From: Dehalococcoidia bacterium
Lineage (GTDB): Bacteria > Chloroflexota > Dehalococcoidia > SHYD01
Assembly: GCA_965226775.1 (NCBI GenBank)
Contig: CBDDEI010000002.1
Coordinates: forward strand, 653,638-717,637
Direction: 5' to 3'
Length of the DNA stretch: 64,000 nucleotides
Shown: one piece after another, positions 19,238 to 29,536 of the stretch
Layout of the letters: the number at the start of each line of letters is the position of its first letter
Position numbering within the stretch: position 1 is the stretch's first letter
Made by a program: the position numbers and the translations under genes
The notes under the pieces: model-generated
What the model was told of the DNA's origin: nothing
What the model saw: only the letters and a program-made list of their open reading frames with translations
Databases searched by the model: none

Positions 19238-19570
19238 GTGGACTGTATTTTCTGCGCTATCGTCGCGGGACAGGCCCCGGCGACCATCCGCTATGAGGAC
19301 GATAAGGTGCTTGTCATCGATAACATCCTCCACTGGGTGCCCGTCATGTTCTTGGCTATGCCTAAAACCCACATGAGCCAGGAAGAGCTCTGGCAGGATA
19401 TGGGAGAAGTGGCGCGTGTAGCCGTGGAGATAGGCAGGCAGCACTGCCCCGACGGATTCCGCCTCCTCTCTAACTTTGGGCAGGACGCCCTCCAGACGCA
19501 AGAGCACGGCCATCTCCACATTCTGGGTGGGACACGCTTGGGATGGTATGCCCGTCCTGAGAGCCCGTAA
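19238..19570 (+). CDS. HIT-family (histidine triad) hydrolase
   Basis: 110 aa with a C-terminal HGHLHIL triad. GTG start preceded by AGGAGGG. Confidence 0.75.
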   Translation: MDCIFCAIVAGQAPATIRYEDDKVLVIDNILHWVPVMFLAMPKTHMSQEELWQDMGEVARVAVEIGRQHCPDGFRLLSNFGQDALQTQEHGHLHILGGTRLGWYARPESP

Positions 19571-19581
19571 GAACGATCCCC

Positions 19582-20796
19582 ATGTCTCGTCGTACACGAC
19601 ATAACAAGATTGAGCTTGTCCCGCCAGGCATGCGGTTCACCCTCACCCTCACGGATATGGGCCACAATGGCGTCGCGCTGGGCCGCCACGAAGAGCAGGT
19701 TATCCTTGTGCCTTACGGCATCCCCGGCGAGACCGTGGAGGTAGAAGTAACCCGCAAGCACAAGGACTACCTGGAGGCGGAGATCGTCAGCATTCTCTCG
19801 CCCTCACCCGATCGCACAGAGCCGCCTTGCCCCTACTACGGAGAGTGCGGCGGCTGTCAGTGGCAGCACATCGCCTACCCCCGCCAGCTCGATCTCAAGC
19901 GGCAGGTGGTGCTGGATCAGCTCCGCCGCATCGGCAAGTTTACGGATGCGTCGGTGGAGCCTACTCTCACCGCGCCCTCGCCTTTCCGCTATCGCAACCA
20001 TGCGCGCTTCACTATCAATAAAGAAGGGGGCATGGGCTTTGTCCGCCGCGGCACTCACCGCGTCATCCCGCTGGATGAGTGCCTGCTCCTGGACGATGGC
20101 ATCAACGGCCTTATGAACCAGCTCCGGGGCTACTGCGCGGAAACCCGCCAGCTCTCTGTGCGCTACGGTTCTCACACCGGCGACTGGCTCGTCCAGCCCA
20201 AGATCAAGAACCCTGACCTTGCTCTGGAGACCGGCCAGCAGAGTTACAACGAGGAGATGTCCGGCCACAGTTTCCGGGTGGCCTCTCCCTCTTTCTTCCA
20301 GGTGAACACAGCGCAGGCCGAGCGCTTGGTGGAAGTAGTGCGGGGCTACTTGGCCCCAACCGGCTCGGAAGTGCTAGTGGACGCCTACGCAGGCGTCGGC
20401 ACGTTTGCCGTGCTCCTGGCCGATTACGTGGGCAAGGTCATCGCCATTGAAGAGTCTGGCCCGGCAGTGCGGGACGGCCGCATCAACGCCCAGCAGAGCC
20501 CCAACGTGGAGTATCTCCAGGGCAAGGTAGAGGAGCTTCTCCCCGCGTTGGAGGAGCGGCCCCACGCGGTCCTTCTAGACCCGCCCCGCGCCGGCTGCCA
20601 CGCCGACACCATGCGCGCCCTCCTGGACTTCCGTCCCCAGAAGCTGGTCTACGTCTCCTGCGAGCCCGCTACCCTTGCCCGCGACCTGCGCATCCTCTGC
20701 GACGGCGGCTTCCGCCTCATAACCGTCCAGCCTGTCGACCTCTTTCCTCAGACGTACCATATCGAAGCGGTGGCATTGCTGGAGCCGCAAGAGTAA
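19582..20796 (+). CDS. rlmD: 23S rRNA (uracil-C5)-methyltransferase, RlmD/RumA family (TRAM + Fe-S Cys cluster + SAM MTase)
   Basis: 404 aa with an N-terminal TRAM domain, a Cys cluster (CPYYGECGGCQWQH) and a class I MTase motif (VDAYAGVGTF). Confidence 0.8.
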   Translation: MSRRTRHNKIELVPPGMRFTLTLTDMGHNGVALGRHEEQVILVPYGIPGETVEVEVTRKHKDYLEAEIVSILSPSPDRTEPPCPYYGECGGCQWQHIAYPRQLDLKRQVVLDQLRRIGKFTDASVEPTLTAPSPFRYRNHARFTINKEGGMGFVRRGTHRVIPLDECLLLDDGINGLMNQLRGYCAETRQLSVRYGSHTGDWLVQPKIKNPDLALETGQQSYNEEMSGHSFRVASPSFFQVNTAQAERLVEVVRGYLAPTGSEVLVDAYAGVGTFAVLLADYVGKVIAIEESGPAVRDGRINAQQSPNVEYLQGKVEELLPALEERPHAVLLDPPRAGCHADTMRALLDFRPQKLVYVSCEPATLARDLRILCDGGFRLITVQPVDLFPQTYHIEAVALLEPQE

Positions 20797-20797
20797 T

Positions 20798-21520
20798 ATG
20801 GCCCTAATGTCTGGCACCATTGCCCTAGTGGGCGCAGGGGAGTTTCTGGAAGGCATGGCGGAGGTGGACAGCTACCTCCTTGCCCATGTTCCCGAACAGC
20901 CCGCGCGCGTGGCTATCCTACCCACCGCGGCAGGGCTGGAAGATCCCCGCGCTTGGACCGACATGGGTGTTCCCCACTTCCAACGCTTGGGCGCACAGGC
21001 TGAACCCGTCTTTGTCCGGGATCAGAAGGATGCCAACGATCCCGCTATGGCGGAGGCCGTCCGCAAGTCCAATTTTGTCTACCTCTCCGGCGGCAGCCCC
21101 GGCTATCTCCTACAGAGCTTGCAAGGCTCGGAAGTGTGGGCGGCCATCCAGGAAGTGTACGCAAAGGGCGGTGTGCTGGCTGGTTGCAGCGCCGGCGCTA
21201 TGGTCTTGGGCGGCCAGACGCGCGTGGCGCGGGCTGGCGCTCGCTCCGGGCCTCCTGCGCCCCAGGACTGGGGGATGGCCCCAGGCCTCGGTCTGGTGCC
21301 CCAGGTGGTGGTTTCGCCCCACTTCAACCGCATGACGGAGGAGCGGCTGGAGTACCTCCTGGCTCAGGTGCCCGATGACCTCCTTATCCTTGGGGTGGAC
21401 GAGCACACCGCCGCGGTGGGCGATGGCTCCCACTGGACGGTGATGGGCCGCGGCTCCGTCTTCTTCTCCGACCACAAGACGTCTACCCGTTACCTGCCCG
21501 GCCAACAGTTCAGTCTGTAA
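20798..21520 (+). CDS. Peptidase S51 / cyanophycinase-like type-1 glutamine amidotransferase-like protein
   Basis: 240 aa with the S51 arrangement (…NFVYLSGGSPGYLL…GVLAGCSAGAMVLG) and a nucleophile Ser context. Confidence 0.6.
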   Translation: MALMSGTIALVGAGEFLEGMAEVDSYLLAHVPEQPARVAILPTAAGLEDPRAWTDMGVPHFQRLGAQAEPVFVRDQKDANDPAMAEAVRKSNFVYLSGGSPGYLLQSLQGSEVWAAIQEVYAKGGVLAGCSAGAMVLGGQTRVARAGARSGPPAPQDWGMAPGLGLVPQVVVSPHFNRMTEERLEYLLAQVPDDLLILGVDEHTAAVGDGSHWTVMGRGSVFFSDHKTSTRYLPGQQFSL

Positions 21521-22158
21521 TGCCGCCGGAACTCGTCCTTGCCTCCACCTCTCCCCGGCGGCTAGAGCTGCTGAATCACTTCGGCCTGCCCTTCTCTCTG
21601 TTTAGCCCCGACATCGACGAAACCCTTGAGGCCGGCCATGCGCCGGAGCTTGAAGTATTGCGTCTCGCCACGGAGAAGGCCGAAGCTGGCGGCGCTTCCA
21701 ACAACAATGCCTACACTATTGGCGCGGATACCCTGGTCACCGTCTCGGGCCGCATCTTGGGCAAGCCCACCTCGCCGGAGGAGGCGTTGGATATGCTTCG
21801 CACCCTGCGTGACCGCCAGCACGAGGTTGTGACGGGCGTGGCCGTGGCCCACGAGGGTGCTGTGTGGAACGCCTGGCGCTTTACCCGCGTCCAGATGCGC
21901 CCCTATACAGAGGAGGAGCTACAGGCCTACGTGGGTTCCGGCGCAGCCATGGACAAAGCGGGAGCCTACGCCATCCAGGACGAAACCCTCCACCCCGTCG
22001 CTCGTCTGACGAACGACGTCTCCAATGGCAACGGCTGCTATTGCAATGTGGTAGGACTACCACTGGCAATGCTGGTCTATCTCCTGGACCTGGCAGGGTA
22101 TCCGGTGGATCAGATTGCCTGCCCCGCACAGTGCGCTCGCTGCCCCGACTGGGACTAG
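21520..22158 (+). CDS. maf: Maf-like nucleoside triphosphate pyrophosphatase
   Basis: N-terminal LVLASTSPRR…LL motif and a GADTLV motif. The start overlaps the upstream stop (TAATG). Confidence 0.8.
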   Translation: MPPELVLASTSPRRLELLNHFGLPFSLFSPDIDETLEAGHAPELEVLRLATEKAEAGGASNNNAYTIGADTLVTVSGRILGKPTSPEEALDMLRTLRDRQHEVVTGVAVAHEGAVWNAWRFTRVQMRPYTEEELQAYVGSGAAMDKAGAYAIQDETLHPVARLTNDVSNGNGCYCNVVGLPLAMLVYLLDLAGYPVDQIACPAQCARCPDWD

Positions 22159-22167
22159 CCGTTTCGT

Positions 22168-22662
22168 ATGTTGCAGTCTTCCCTGCGGCGTCTCCTGGCC
22201 GAGCTTCCCCTGATTGACGCTCCTGCCCAAGACCAGCAGCTTGCGTCACAGTCGCCGATCCCGTGCTTCCAGTGCGGGGTGTGCTGTCAGAAGTGGCAGC
22301 CGCTCCTCAGCCCCCAGGAGCTGCGACGTTTGGCTGAAGCGCGCGGCCTCTCACCGCAAGTCTTCTCCCGTCGCTACACCCGAGCCTATCCGTTGCGGCG
22401 CGGCTGGCGGCAACTCAAGGCTACCGAGCGGGGGTGTATCTTCCTCGCATTCGAGGGGGAGCGTTCCCGCTGCAGCATCTACGCCGACCGGCCCCAGGTG
22501 TGCCAGGACTGGCAGGCCGGTCTAGACAAGCGGGAGTGCATCGAAGGGCTCCGCCAATGGGACCAGGACGCTTCGCTGACGCTGCAACGCCTCTACGAGC
22601 AACCTTCCGAGCGGCTCCAGTTCCAACAGGCCGCCTCGGCACTGCTTGCGAAGCAGACTTAA
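22168..22662 (+). CDS. YkgJ-family (UPF0153) Cys-cluster protein
   Basis: CFQCGVCCQ…CIFL…CSIYADRPQVCQ motif arrangement. 164 aa. Confidence 0.6.
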   Translation: MLQSSLRRLLAELPLIDAPAQDQQLASQSPIPCFQCGVCCQKWQPLLSPQELRRLAEARGLSPQVFSRRYTRAYPLRRGWRQLKATERGCIFLAFEGERSRCSIYADRPQVCQDWQAGLDKRECIEGLRQWDQDASLTLQRLYEQPSERLQFQQAASALLAKQT

Positions 22663-22852
22663 GCTCCGAATAGGATTTATTTTGAAAAAAATTTCACAAA
22701 TAACGCTAAACCCCCTTCCGCGAGGGATAAAGATAAGCTACACTTTACCGCTGGTAGCCTAGTTGTGTTTGTACCTCTAGGAAGGCAAGCAGACACGGCC
22801 TGGGCGCAAATACACATGATGCAGATGCGTAACTAAGCACCTCTGGAGCCTT

Positions 22853-23152
22853 GTGGAACCCATTGATCCGCGAGCTATAACTGGGCAGGACTGGCTAGTT
22901 CTACCCTCCTTAGTGAGTTTCCTTTGGTTGCTCGTTATTTTTAACGTTGGTTTCGCCGGGAGCATGCTCTTAGCCCACATAGCGATACCCTCCCTTATCG
23001 AGACCACGCATTTGCCTGCGGGGGCGTCCAAGGCCCGCCCGGTGCTCACCGTTATCGGACTCCTTTCCCTTTCGGCGTCTGTAATAATGGTGGTTAGCTG
23101 GTTGGGATTGCTGCCCATTATCTATGATGTCTATCCAAAACTACTCATCTAA
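22853..23152 (+). CDS. Small two-TM membrane protein (hypothetical), immediately upstream of actA
   Basis: 99 aa, hydrophobic, lower GC than neighbours. Could be an accessory ACIII subunit or spurious. Confidence 0.3.
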   Translation: MEPIDPRAITGQDWLVLPSLVSFLWLLVIFNVGFAGSMLLAHIAIPSLIETTHLPAGASKARPVLTVIGLLSLSASVIMVVSWLGLLPIIYDVYPKLLI

Positions 23153-23169
23153 GCAATTGGAGCCAATCT

Positions 23170-23694
23170 GTGCCTAGCCGCCCGCCGTTAGTGGTTGGTG
23201 TGGTAGTAATCGTGGTGCTTCTTGTGGCGCTCGCGGGTGGCCAGGCCGTGGCCTCCCAGGTGAACGAGGGTCCTGAGCAGCCCATCGCTTTTAGCCACAT
23301 TACTCACGCAAACGTAATGCAACTAGATTGCATCTTCTGCCACCGCAACGCGGAGGTGGGCCAGACCGCGAGCGTGCCTGCCGTGGAGCAGTGCATGTTC
23401 TGCCATAAGGTAGTGGAGGGGGCAACGCCCAGCCAGCAACTGGAGATCGATAAGGTGCAGGAGGCCTTTGCCAGCGGCAGTCCTATTGATTGGACCCGTG
23501 TGCATCGTGTACCTGACCACGTACGGTTTGTGCATGAAGCGCACATCACAGCCGGCGTCTCGTGCTCAGCTTGCCATGGCAACGTTCAGGATATGGCCAC
23601 GGTGCGGCAAGTCCGCCCGCTCAAGATGGGCGATTGTGTTGCGTGCCATCGTGTTAATGATGCGCCAACCGACTGCACAACCTGTCATAAGTAG
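23170..23694 (+). CDS. actA: Alternative complex III subunit ActA (pentaheme cytochrome c)
   Basis: Five CxxCH motifs (CIFCH, CMFCH, CSACH, CVACH, CTTCH). N-terminal TM anchor. Heads an operon with ActB/C/D/E homologues. Confidence 0.85.
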   Translation: MPSRPPLVVGVVVIVVLLVALAGGQAVASQVNEGPEQPIAFSHITHANVMQLDCIFCHRNAEVGQTASVPAVEQCMFCHKVVEGATPSQQLEIDKVQEAFASGSPIDWTRVHRVPDHVRFVHEAHITAGVSCSACHGNVQDMATVRQVRPLKMGDCVACHRVNDAPTDCTTCHK

Positions 23695-23700
23695 GACTAT

Positions 23701-25983
23701 ATGGACGTATCTAGACGACATTTCCTCCAGGTGACCGGCGCTTCCGCAGCGGGGGCCGTGCTTTTCAACGGCTGTATGGCTCCGGAGCAAGAGATGCTCA
23801 TTCAGAGCCCGGTTATGCTGCCAGAGGATACCGTCAATAGCTTTGAGAACTTCTATGCCAGCGTCTGCCAGCAATGTGGCGCCGGTTGTGGTGTAGTGGT
23901 CCGCGTGGTAGAAGGCCGGGCCAAGAAGATTGAAGGCAACCCGGACCACCCGCTGAACCAGGGCAAGCTCTGCGCTCGCGGTCAGGCAGGCGTCCAGGCG
24001 CTCTATCACCCAGACCGCATTCGCACTCCGCTGCGCCGCACCGGGCCCCGTGGCTCAGGCCGCTTTGAGGTCATTAGCTGGGACACCGGCCTTGATGAGT
24101 TGGTTGGCCGTCTCAAAGCGCTCTCTGATGAGGGGATGAGCGACACGGTCGCAATGGTTACGGAGCCGCTGATGGGCCTCCAGGCGACTATTGCCCAGCG
24201 CTTTGCCGACACTTACGGTGCGGACTATCTGGTGCACCAGCCTATGGAAGACACCGTGCTCTACGCCTCCATGAGCCAGCTTTTTGGCGAAGACCGCATC
24301 CCGCATTTCGACATCGAACGCTCAAAATACGTGCTCTCTATCGGGGCTAACTTCCTGGAGCCCTGGATCTCCCAGGTACGCTACAACCGGGCCTACGGCG
24401 AGTTCCGCCAGGGCACCAGCGGCCAGCGCGGCTACCTCGTACAGGTGGAGCCGCGGCTTTCTATGACGGCAGCCAATGCAGACGAGTGGGTGCCCATTAA
24501 CCCCGGCACCGAGGGCATCTTCGCCCTGGGAATCGCCTATGTGCTCGTCTCGGAGGGCCTGGCTAACCCTGAGGCAGCCAATGCCCTTACGGGCGGTGTG
24601 GGCGCTTCTGCTTTGAATGCCTACCGTCCAGAAGCGGCCGCGTCGCTGACCGGTATCTCTGCCGATCGCATCATCGGCATTGCGCGCAGCTTTGCAGAGC
24701 ATCAGCCGGGCATTGCTCTTGGCGGGGCGGGCGCAGCCTCCCACTCCAACGGGCTCTTTAATCTCAATGCAATCTATGCGCTCAACTTCCTGGTCGGCAG
24801 CGTCGGCCGGCGTGGCGGCATCATGATGAACGGTGTGCCGCCGGTGTTTGAGTTCGCGGCACAGAAACACGCCTCGCCGCTCTCCACCTGGCAGCAGTTC
24901 ACCCAGCGGATCGCCAGCAAGCAGCCCCGTCCGGTGAATGTCCTGATGGTGCACAACGCGAACCCGCTCTACGGTCTGCCTGTTGAGGTGGGTTTTGGCC
25001 AGGCGCTGCGCAATATACCCGTCATTGTCAGCTTCTCCAGCTTCATGGACGAGACCACGGCTATGGCTGACCTCATCCTGCCCGATCATGTTTATCTGGA
25101 GGCTTGGGGCGACGTCGTTCCCGAACCGGGCGCCGGCTACCAGGCCATTGGCTTTCAGCAGCCCGTCGTGAAGCCGGCCTTGAACACACGCTCTTTTATG
25201 GACGCCCTCCTGGCTGTAGGCGCAGACTTGGGCGGCCTTATGGAGAAGGTCTTGCCCTGGCCTACCTACCTGGACGCGATGCGCGCGTCAGCAGAGTCGC
25301 TCTACGACTTGGGTCGTGGTTCCGTGCGGGCCCCGGACTTTGAGCACTTCTGGAACGGCGCGCTGCAGCGAGGTGGCTGGTGGGATGCCGCCTCCACCCG
25401 TACCTCAAAGCCGCCTCTACCCGGCCCCCTGCCCCAGCAGCCGGTCATGCCTCGGTTTGCCGGGTCGGATGCGGATTACCCGTTCCACCTGAGCATTTTC
25501 CCGGGCGCTGGCATCAACGATGGCCGCGGCGCAAACCTGCCTTGGTTGCAGCTTACGCCGGACCCCACCAGCACCGTAAGCTGGCAGACCTGGGTGGAGC
25601 TAAACCCCAAAACTGCGGCATCTATGGGGATTGCGACCAACGATATTGTTATAGTTACCTCGCCCAGCGGCCAGTTGGAAGCGCCGGTGTACGTTTACCC
25701 GGCCATCCCGCCCAATGTGGTGGGCATCCCAGCCGGCCAGGGCCACACTTATTTTGGCCGCTATGCAGAGCAGCGCGGCGCCAACCCCCTCTCCATCCTC
25801 GCGCCGATGCAGGAGAGCGAGACGGGTGCGCTGGCGTGGAGTGCCACGAGGGTGCAGCTCACCAGGACAGGCCGCCAATACCGGCTGCCGAAGCTGGAGG
25901 GCGCGGTGCCCGCCGTTGAGCCCGACGATTACGATCTGGTTCAGATTGAGGACCTGCGTTCCGATTCTGAGGCGGGACACTAG
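23701..25983 (+). CDS. actB: ACIII subunit ActB1 (molybdopterin-oxidoreductase-like, Tat signal, N-terminal Cys cluster)
   Basis: Tat motif RRHFLQVTGASAAGA. N-terminal CQQCGAGCGV…C cluster. 760-aa MopB-like fold region. Confidence 0.85.
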   Translation: MDVSRRHFLQVTGASAAGAVLFNGCMAPEQEMLIQSPVMLPEDTVNSFENFYASVCQQCGAGCGVVVRVVEGRAKKIEGNPDHPLNQGKLCARGQAGVQALYHPDRIRTPLRRTGPRGSGRFEVISWDTGLDELVGRLKALSDEGMSDTVAMVTEPLMGLQATIAQRFADTYGADYLVHQPMEDTVLYASMSQLFGEDRIPHFDIERSKYVLSIGANFLEPWISQVRYNRAYGEFRQGTSGQRGYLVQVEPRLSMTAANADEWVPINPGTEGIFALGIAYVLVSEGLANPEAANALTGGVGASALNAYRPEAAASLTGISADRIIGIARSFAEHQPGIALGGAGAASHSNGLFNLNAIYALNFLVGSVGRRGGIMMNGVPPVFEFAAQKHASPLSTWQQFTQRIASKQPRPVNVLMVHNANPLYGLPVEVGFGQALRNIPVIVSFSSFMDETTAMADLILPDHVYLEAWGDVVPEPGAGYQAIGFQQPVVKPALNTRSFMDALLAVGADLGGLMEKVLPWPTYLDAMRASAESLYDLGRGSVRAPDFEHFWNGALQRGGWWDAASTRTSKPPLPGPLPQQPVMPRFAGSDADYPFHLSIFPGAGINDGRGANLPWLQLTPDPTSTVSWQTWVELNPKTAASMGIATNDIVIVTSPSGQLEAPVYVYPAIPPNVVGIPAGQGHTYFGRYAEQRGANPLSILAPMQESETGALAWSATRVQLTRTGRQYRLPKLEGAVPAVEPDDYDLVQIEDLRSDSEAGH

Positions 25984-26008
25984 GGGACAGATAGAGAGGA
26001 CTCGAGTT

Positions 26009-26776
26009 ATGGCAGAAGAACGTAAGTGGGGAATGGTTGTCGATGCTGACAAGTGCACCGGTTGTCAGGCCTGTGTCATCGCATGTCAGGCGGAGAACAA
26101 TATCTTGCTGAGCACGGAAGACATCGTGCAGCAGAACCGCACCATGGCGTGGATTCGTATAGAGCGCTACTGGGAGGGCGAATACCCTGACATTAAAGCG
26201 CGCTTCCTGCCGGTCATGTGCCAGCACTGCGAAAACGCTCCCTGCGAGCCGGTGTGCCCGGTATATGCCACCTACCACAACGACGAGGGCTTGAACGTAC
26301 AGGTGTATAACCGCTGCGTGGGCACGCGCTACTGCGCCAACAACTGCCCCTACCATGCCCGCTTCTTCAACTACTGGGAGCGGCATACCGATGCGCCTTT
26401 TAAAGAGATGATCCCCCTGAGCCAGACCATGGCAGAGCCCATGAACGAGTACCTGAATCCGGACGTCACGGTCCGCTCTAAGGGCATCATGGAGAAGTGC
26501 ACCTTCTGTGTGCAGCGCATCCGCCGCGTCTCCCGCGACGCCGCGCGCGATGGCCATGAGCTTAGCGATGGCGATGTGCAGCCTGCTTGCGTGCAGTCCT
26601 GCCCTACCAGCGCACTCATCTTCGGCAACCTGCTCGACCCCAATAGCCAGGTTAGCCAAGCCGCTCATGGCGAGCGCACCTACACCCTGCTGGAGGATTT
26701 GGGAACCCTGCCTTCCGTAACCTACCTCAAAAAAGTGGATCCGAACGCATCAGGAACAAGTGCACCAGCACATTAA
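26009..26776 (+). CDS. actB: ACIII subunit ActB2 (4Fe-4S ferredoxin-like iron-sulfur protein)
   Basis: Multiple CxxCxxCxxxCP ferredoxin motifs (CTGCQACVIACQ, CQHCENAPCEPVCP, CVGTRYCANNCP, CTFCVQR). The real ATG at 26009 has a GAGAGGA RBS. The ORF-track N-terminal extension from 25715 overlaps actB1 and is rejected. Confidence 0.85.
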   Translation: MAEERKWGMVVDADKCTGCQACVIACQAENNILLSTEDIVQQNRTMAWIRIERYWEGEYPDIKARFLPVMCQHCENAPCEPVCPVYATYHNDEGLNVQVYNRCVGTRYCANNCPYHARFFNYWERHTDAPFKEMIPLSQTMAEPMNEYLNPDVTVRSKGIMEKCTFCVQRIRRVSRDAARDGHELSDGDVQPACVQSCPTSALIFGNLLDPNSQVSQAAHGERTYTLLEDLGTLPSVTYLKKVDPNASGTSAPAH

Positions 26777-28112
26777 TCCCCGGCCGCACCTTCCGGAGAC
26801 GCCGGCAGAGCTAACCCGCGACTGGTTGGCGCGATTCCTCCAGCCGCGCGGCGTTACCATACTGGTCATCACCGGATTGCTGGTGGTGGCGGGTATAGTG
26901 GGCGTCTATCTCCGCTTGAGCGCCGGCATGAACCGGGCCGAGTGGGGCTTCTACGCCGCAACGGTGATGTTTTTGTTCTCTACCGCCCAGGGCGCTCCTA
27001 TCCTTGCGGTCGCCACACGCCTTACTAAGGGCTACTGGCGTAAGCCGCTGGTGCGCGTGGCAGAACTGTTCACCATAACCGGCCTCCTGTCCTTGGTGCT
27101 CTTCATCCCTCTGTTGGCCGTGTTGCCGCCGCTGGAAGGTCGCGCCACGTTCTGGGTGTCATGGCCCGGGACGCCGCAGATTCCGCTTATCCTGGCTATC
27201 ATTGGTCTTGTGGTATGCGGGCTCGGTCTGCTGTATGCCTCCGCACGCCCCGACCTGGCTGCGGTGCGAGACCTTGCGCCAGGCGGTCTTACGAGCTTGC
27301 AGGCTCGCCTTGCCGGCAAGTGGGGCGGCTCTACTCGCCAGTGGAAGGTACAATCCAACGCGATCACCTACCTCGGCGTCTCCTATCTCATGATGCTGGT
27401 CTTTGTGCACTTCCTCCTGAGCGTTGAGTTTGCTATCACCCTGGTGCCCGGTTGGCGTGACCCCATATTCCCGGCATTCCACGCCATCAGCGGTTTGCAA
27501 GCCGGTCTAGCCACACTGGTGCTGGGTCTGGGCTTCTTGCGCTACTTTGGCGGCTTCAAAGAGTATCTTGCCCTTGACCAGTTCTGGAATCCTGCCAAGC
27601 TCCTGCTGGCCTTCTCGCTACTGTGGTTCTACTTCTGGTGGTCTGGATTCATCGTCTTCTGGTATGGCCGCACCCCTGCGGAACAGGGCGTGTTGGAGCT
27701 TACCATCTTTGGGCCCTACTTTGTGCCCTTCCTGTTGGGACTGCTCTGCAACTTTGTGCTGCCGCTCATCCTGCTCGCCTACAACCCTATTAGAGTAAGC
27801 ATCCCTGGACCGATATTAGCCTCCGGCGTGATCCTCTTTGGCAACTTCATGGATCGTGTGCGCATCTACGGCGGCTCCTTCTTAGTCGAGTCGGAAGGTC
27901 ACATACTGGAACACATTCCAGCCACACACCTTCCCCAGCTTGCTGATTTCCTGGTGCTTGCCGGCGCAATTGGCGGCGTTGTCTTTCTCTTCGTGCTCGC
28001 AACGCGGATCATCCCGCCGATAGCGCTGTGGGAGCTTAAAGAAGGGCAATTACTTACTCGGACTAGAACTTTGCATAAAGCAGAAGTCATTGTTATTGGC
28101 AAACCCCAATAA
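26760..28112 (+). CDS. actC: ACIII NrfD/PsrC-like polytopic membrane subunit (ActC-like)
   Basis: 450 aa with ~10 TM helices. GTG start overlapping the actB2 end. The start is uncertain. Confidence 0.75.
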   Translation: MHQHINPRPHLPETPAELTRDWLARFLQPRGVTILVITGLLVVAGIVGVYLRLSAGMNRAEWGFYAATVMFLFSTAQGAPILAVATRLTKGYWRKPLVRVAELFTITGLLSLVLFIPLLAVLPPLEGRATFWVSWPGTPQIPLILAIIGLVVCGLGLLYASARPDLAAVRDLAPGGLTSLQARLAGKWGGSTRQWKVQSNAITYLGVSYLMMLVFVHFLLSVEFAITLVPGWRDPIFPAFHAISGLQAGLATLVLGLGFLRYFGGFKEYLALDQFWNPAKLLLAFSLLWFYFWWSGFIVFWYGRTPAEQGVLELTIFGPYFVPFLLGLLCNFVLPLILLAYNPIRVSIPGPILASGVILFGNFMDRVRIYGGSFLVESEGHILEHIPATHLPQLADFLVLAGAIGGVVFLFVLATRIIPPIALWELKEGQLLTRTRTLHKAEVIVIGKPQ

Positions 28113-28159
28113 GCCGGTGTACCTAAATAACGTTGTGGTCATAACAAGGTAGGAACGGA

Positions 28160-29527
28160 ATGCAAGAACGGGTAGTGCTTAGCGAGGCTCAGGTAAATCA
28201 TGGCCTCCTCAAGGATGTCATAGGGCTGCCTTCATGGTGGTTCCCTTCGGCTGCCTTTTTGGCGCTGATCCTAGGCGGCGGTCTCACAGCCCTCACCTTC
28301 ATGCTCACCTTTGGGCTGGGCGTCACCGGCCTGAATCGGCCCATCTTCTGGGGCTTCATGATCGTGAACTTTGTGTTCTGGGTCGGTATCAGTCACGCCG
28401 GCGTGATGATCTCTTCCATCCTCCGCCTCTGTCAGGCGGAATGGCGCCGCCCCGTCACGCGCGCCGCAGAGGTGCTCACCGTCTTCTCCCTGGCCACCGC
28501 TGCCCTCTTCCCGCTCATCCACATGGGCCGTATGTGGCGCTTCTACTGGGTGTTCCCCTACGACTTTGACCGGATGCTATGGCCAAACGTGCGCTCCCCG
28601 CTTATCTGGGACCCCAGCGCTATCTTTACCTACCTTACGGGCGCAGCCCTCTTTGTCTACATCGCGCTGCTGCCGGACATGGGCATTCTGCGGGATCGCA
28701 CTACGGGTTTCTGGCACAAGTTCTATGCCATCGTTTCCCTGGGCTGGCGCGGCAATCCCAGGCAGTTCAAGCTACAGTTTGTCCTTGGCATCCTGCTTTC
28801 GGCCCTCATCCTGCCGGTGTTCGTATCCGTCCATAGCATCGTGTCCTGGGACTTTGCCGTCTCTCTGGTGCCTGCCTGGCACGCTACGGTGTTTGCTCCC
28901 TACTTCGTTATCGGGGCCGTCCACTCCGGTGTATCGGCTGTGGTGACGATGATGGTGGTGTTGCGTTTTGCCTTTAAGTGGCATGACTTCATCACCCCCG
29001 ACCATTTTGACGCCTTGGGCCGCTTGCTTATGGCGGTGGCTACGGCGTGGCTCTACTTCTTCTTGCTGGACGTGTTCTTTGGGATATACGGCGGGGAGAG
29101 CAAGGAGCTGGCAGTGATGAACCAGCGCATCTTTGAGTGGCCGTGGGGCCTGATGTTTCTCGTGATCCTCTTCCTAGGGTATGTGTTGCCTGTGGGCGCG
29201 TGGCTCTTCCGCAGCGTGCGCCGCAACATCGGCATGATGTTCGTGCTCTCGATTCTGGTGAATGTCTCCATGTGGCTGGAACGGCTCTGGCTCATTGTGC
29301 CAGGCATACAGAATAAAGAGCGCATGACCTTCAACTGGAACATCTATACACCTACCCTGGTGGAGATCATGCTCGTCGTCTCGTCCTTCGCCCTTGTGGG
29401 TCTGGGACTGCTCATCTTCTCTAAAGTGTTCCCGCTCATCCCAGTCTGGGAAGAGAAAGAGGGTCAAATTCTTCAGGAAGAAATTCAAATTGGCCGCCGG
29501 AGCGTTCCGGCTATTATCCGAGAGTGA
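28160..29527 (+). CDS. actF: Second ACIII NrfD/PsrC-like membrane subunit (ActF-like)
   Basis: 455 aa, polytopic, paralogous architecture to the preceding gene. Located before ActD/ActE rather than after them. Confidence 0.7.
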   Translation: MQERVVLSEAQVNHGLLKDVIGLPSWWFPSAAFLALILGGGLTALTFMLTFGLGVTGLNRPIFWGFMIVNFVFWVGISHAGVMISSILRLCQAEWRRPVTRAAEVLTVFSLATAALFPLIHMGRMWRFYWVFPYDFDRMLWPNVRSPLIWDPSAIFTYLTGAALFVYIALLPDMGILRDRTTGFWHKFYAIVSLGWRGNPRQFKLQFVLGILLSALILPVFVSVHSIVSWDFAVSLVPAWHATVFAPYFVIGAVHSGVSAVVTMMVVLRFAFKWHDFITPDHFDALGRLLMAVATAWLYFFLLDVFFGIYGGESKELAVMNQRIFEWPWGLMFLVILFLGYVLPVGAWLFRSVRRNIGMMFVLSILVNVSMWLERLWLIVPGIQNKERMTFNWNIYTPTLVEIMLVVSSFALVGLGLLIFSKVFPLIPVWEEKEGQILQEEIQIGRRSVPAIIRE

Positions 29528-29536
29528 GGCTGAGGT

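Noticed and set aside
22663-22852. Low-GC intergenic region upstream of the ACIII operon as a mobile element or ncRNA
   Set aside because: Its size and position fit an ordinary promoter and 5' leader region. No repeats or a convincing structure were seen.
25715-26008. N-terminal extension of ActB2 ORF starting at 25715
   Set aside because: It overlaps the 3' end of actB1 in another frame. The ferredoxin domain begins at the ATG at 26009, which has a purine-rich RBS.
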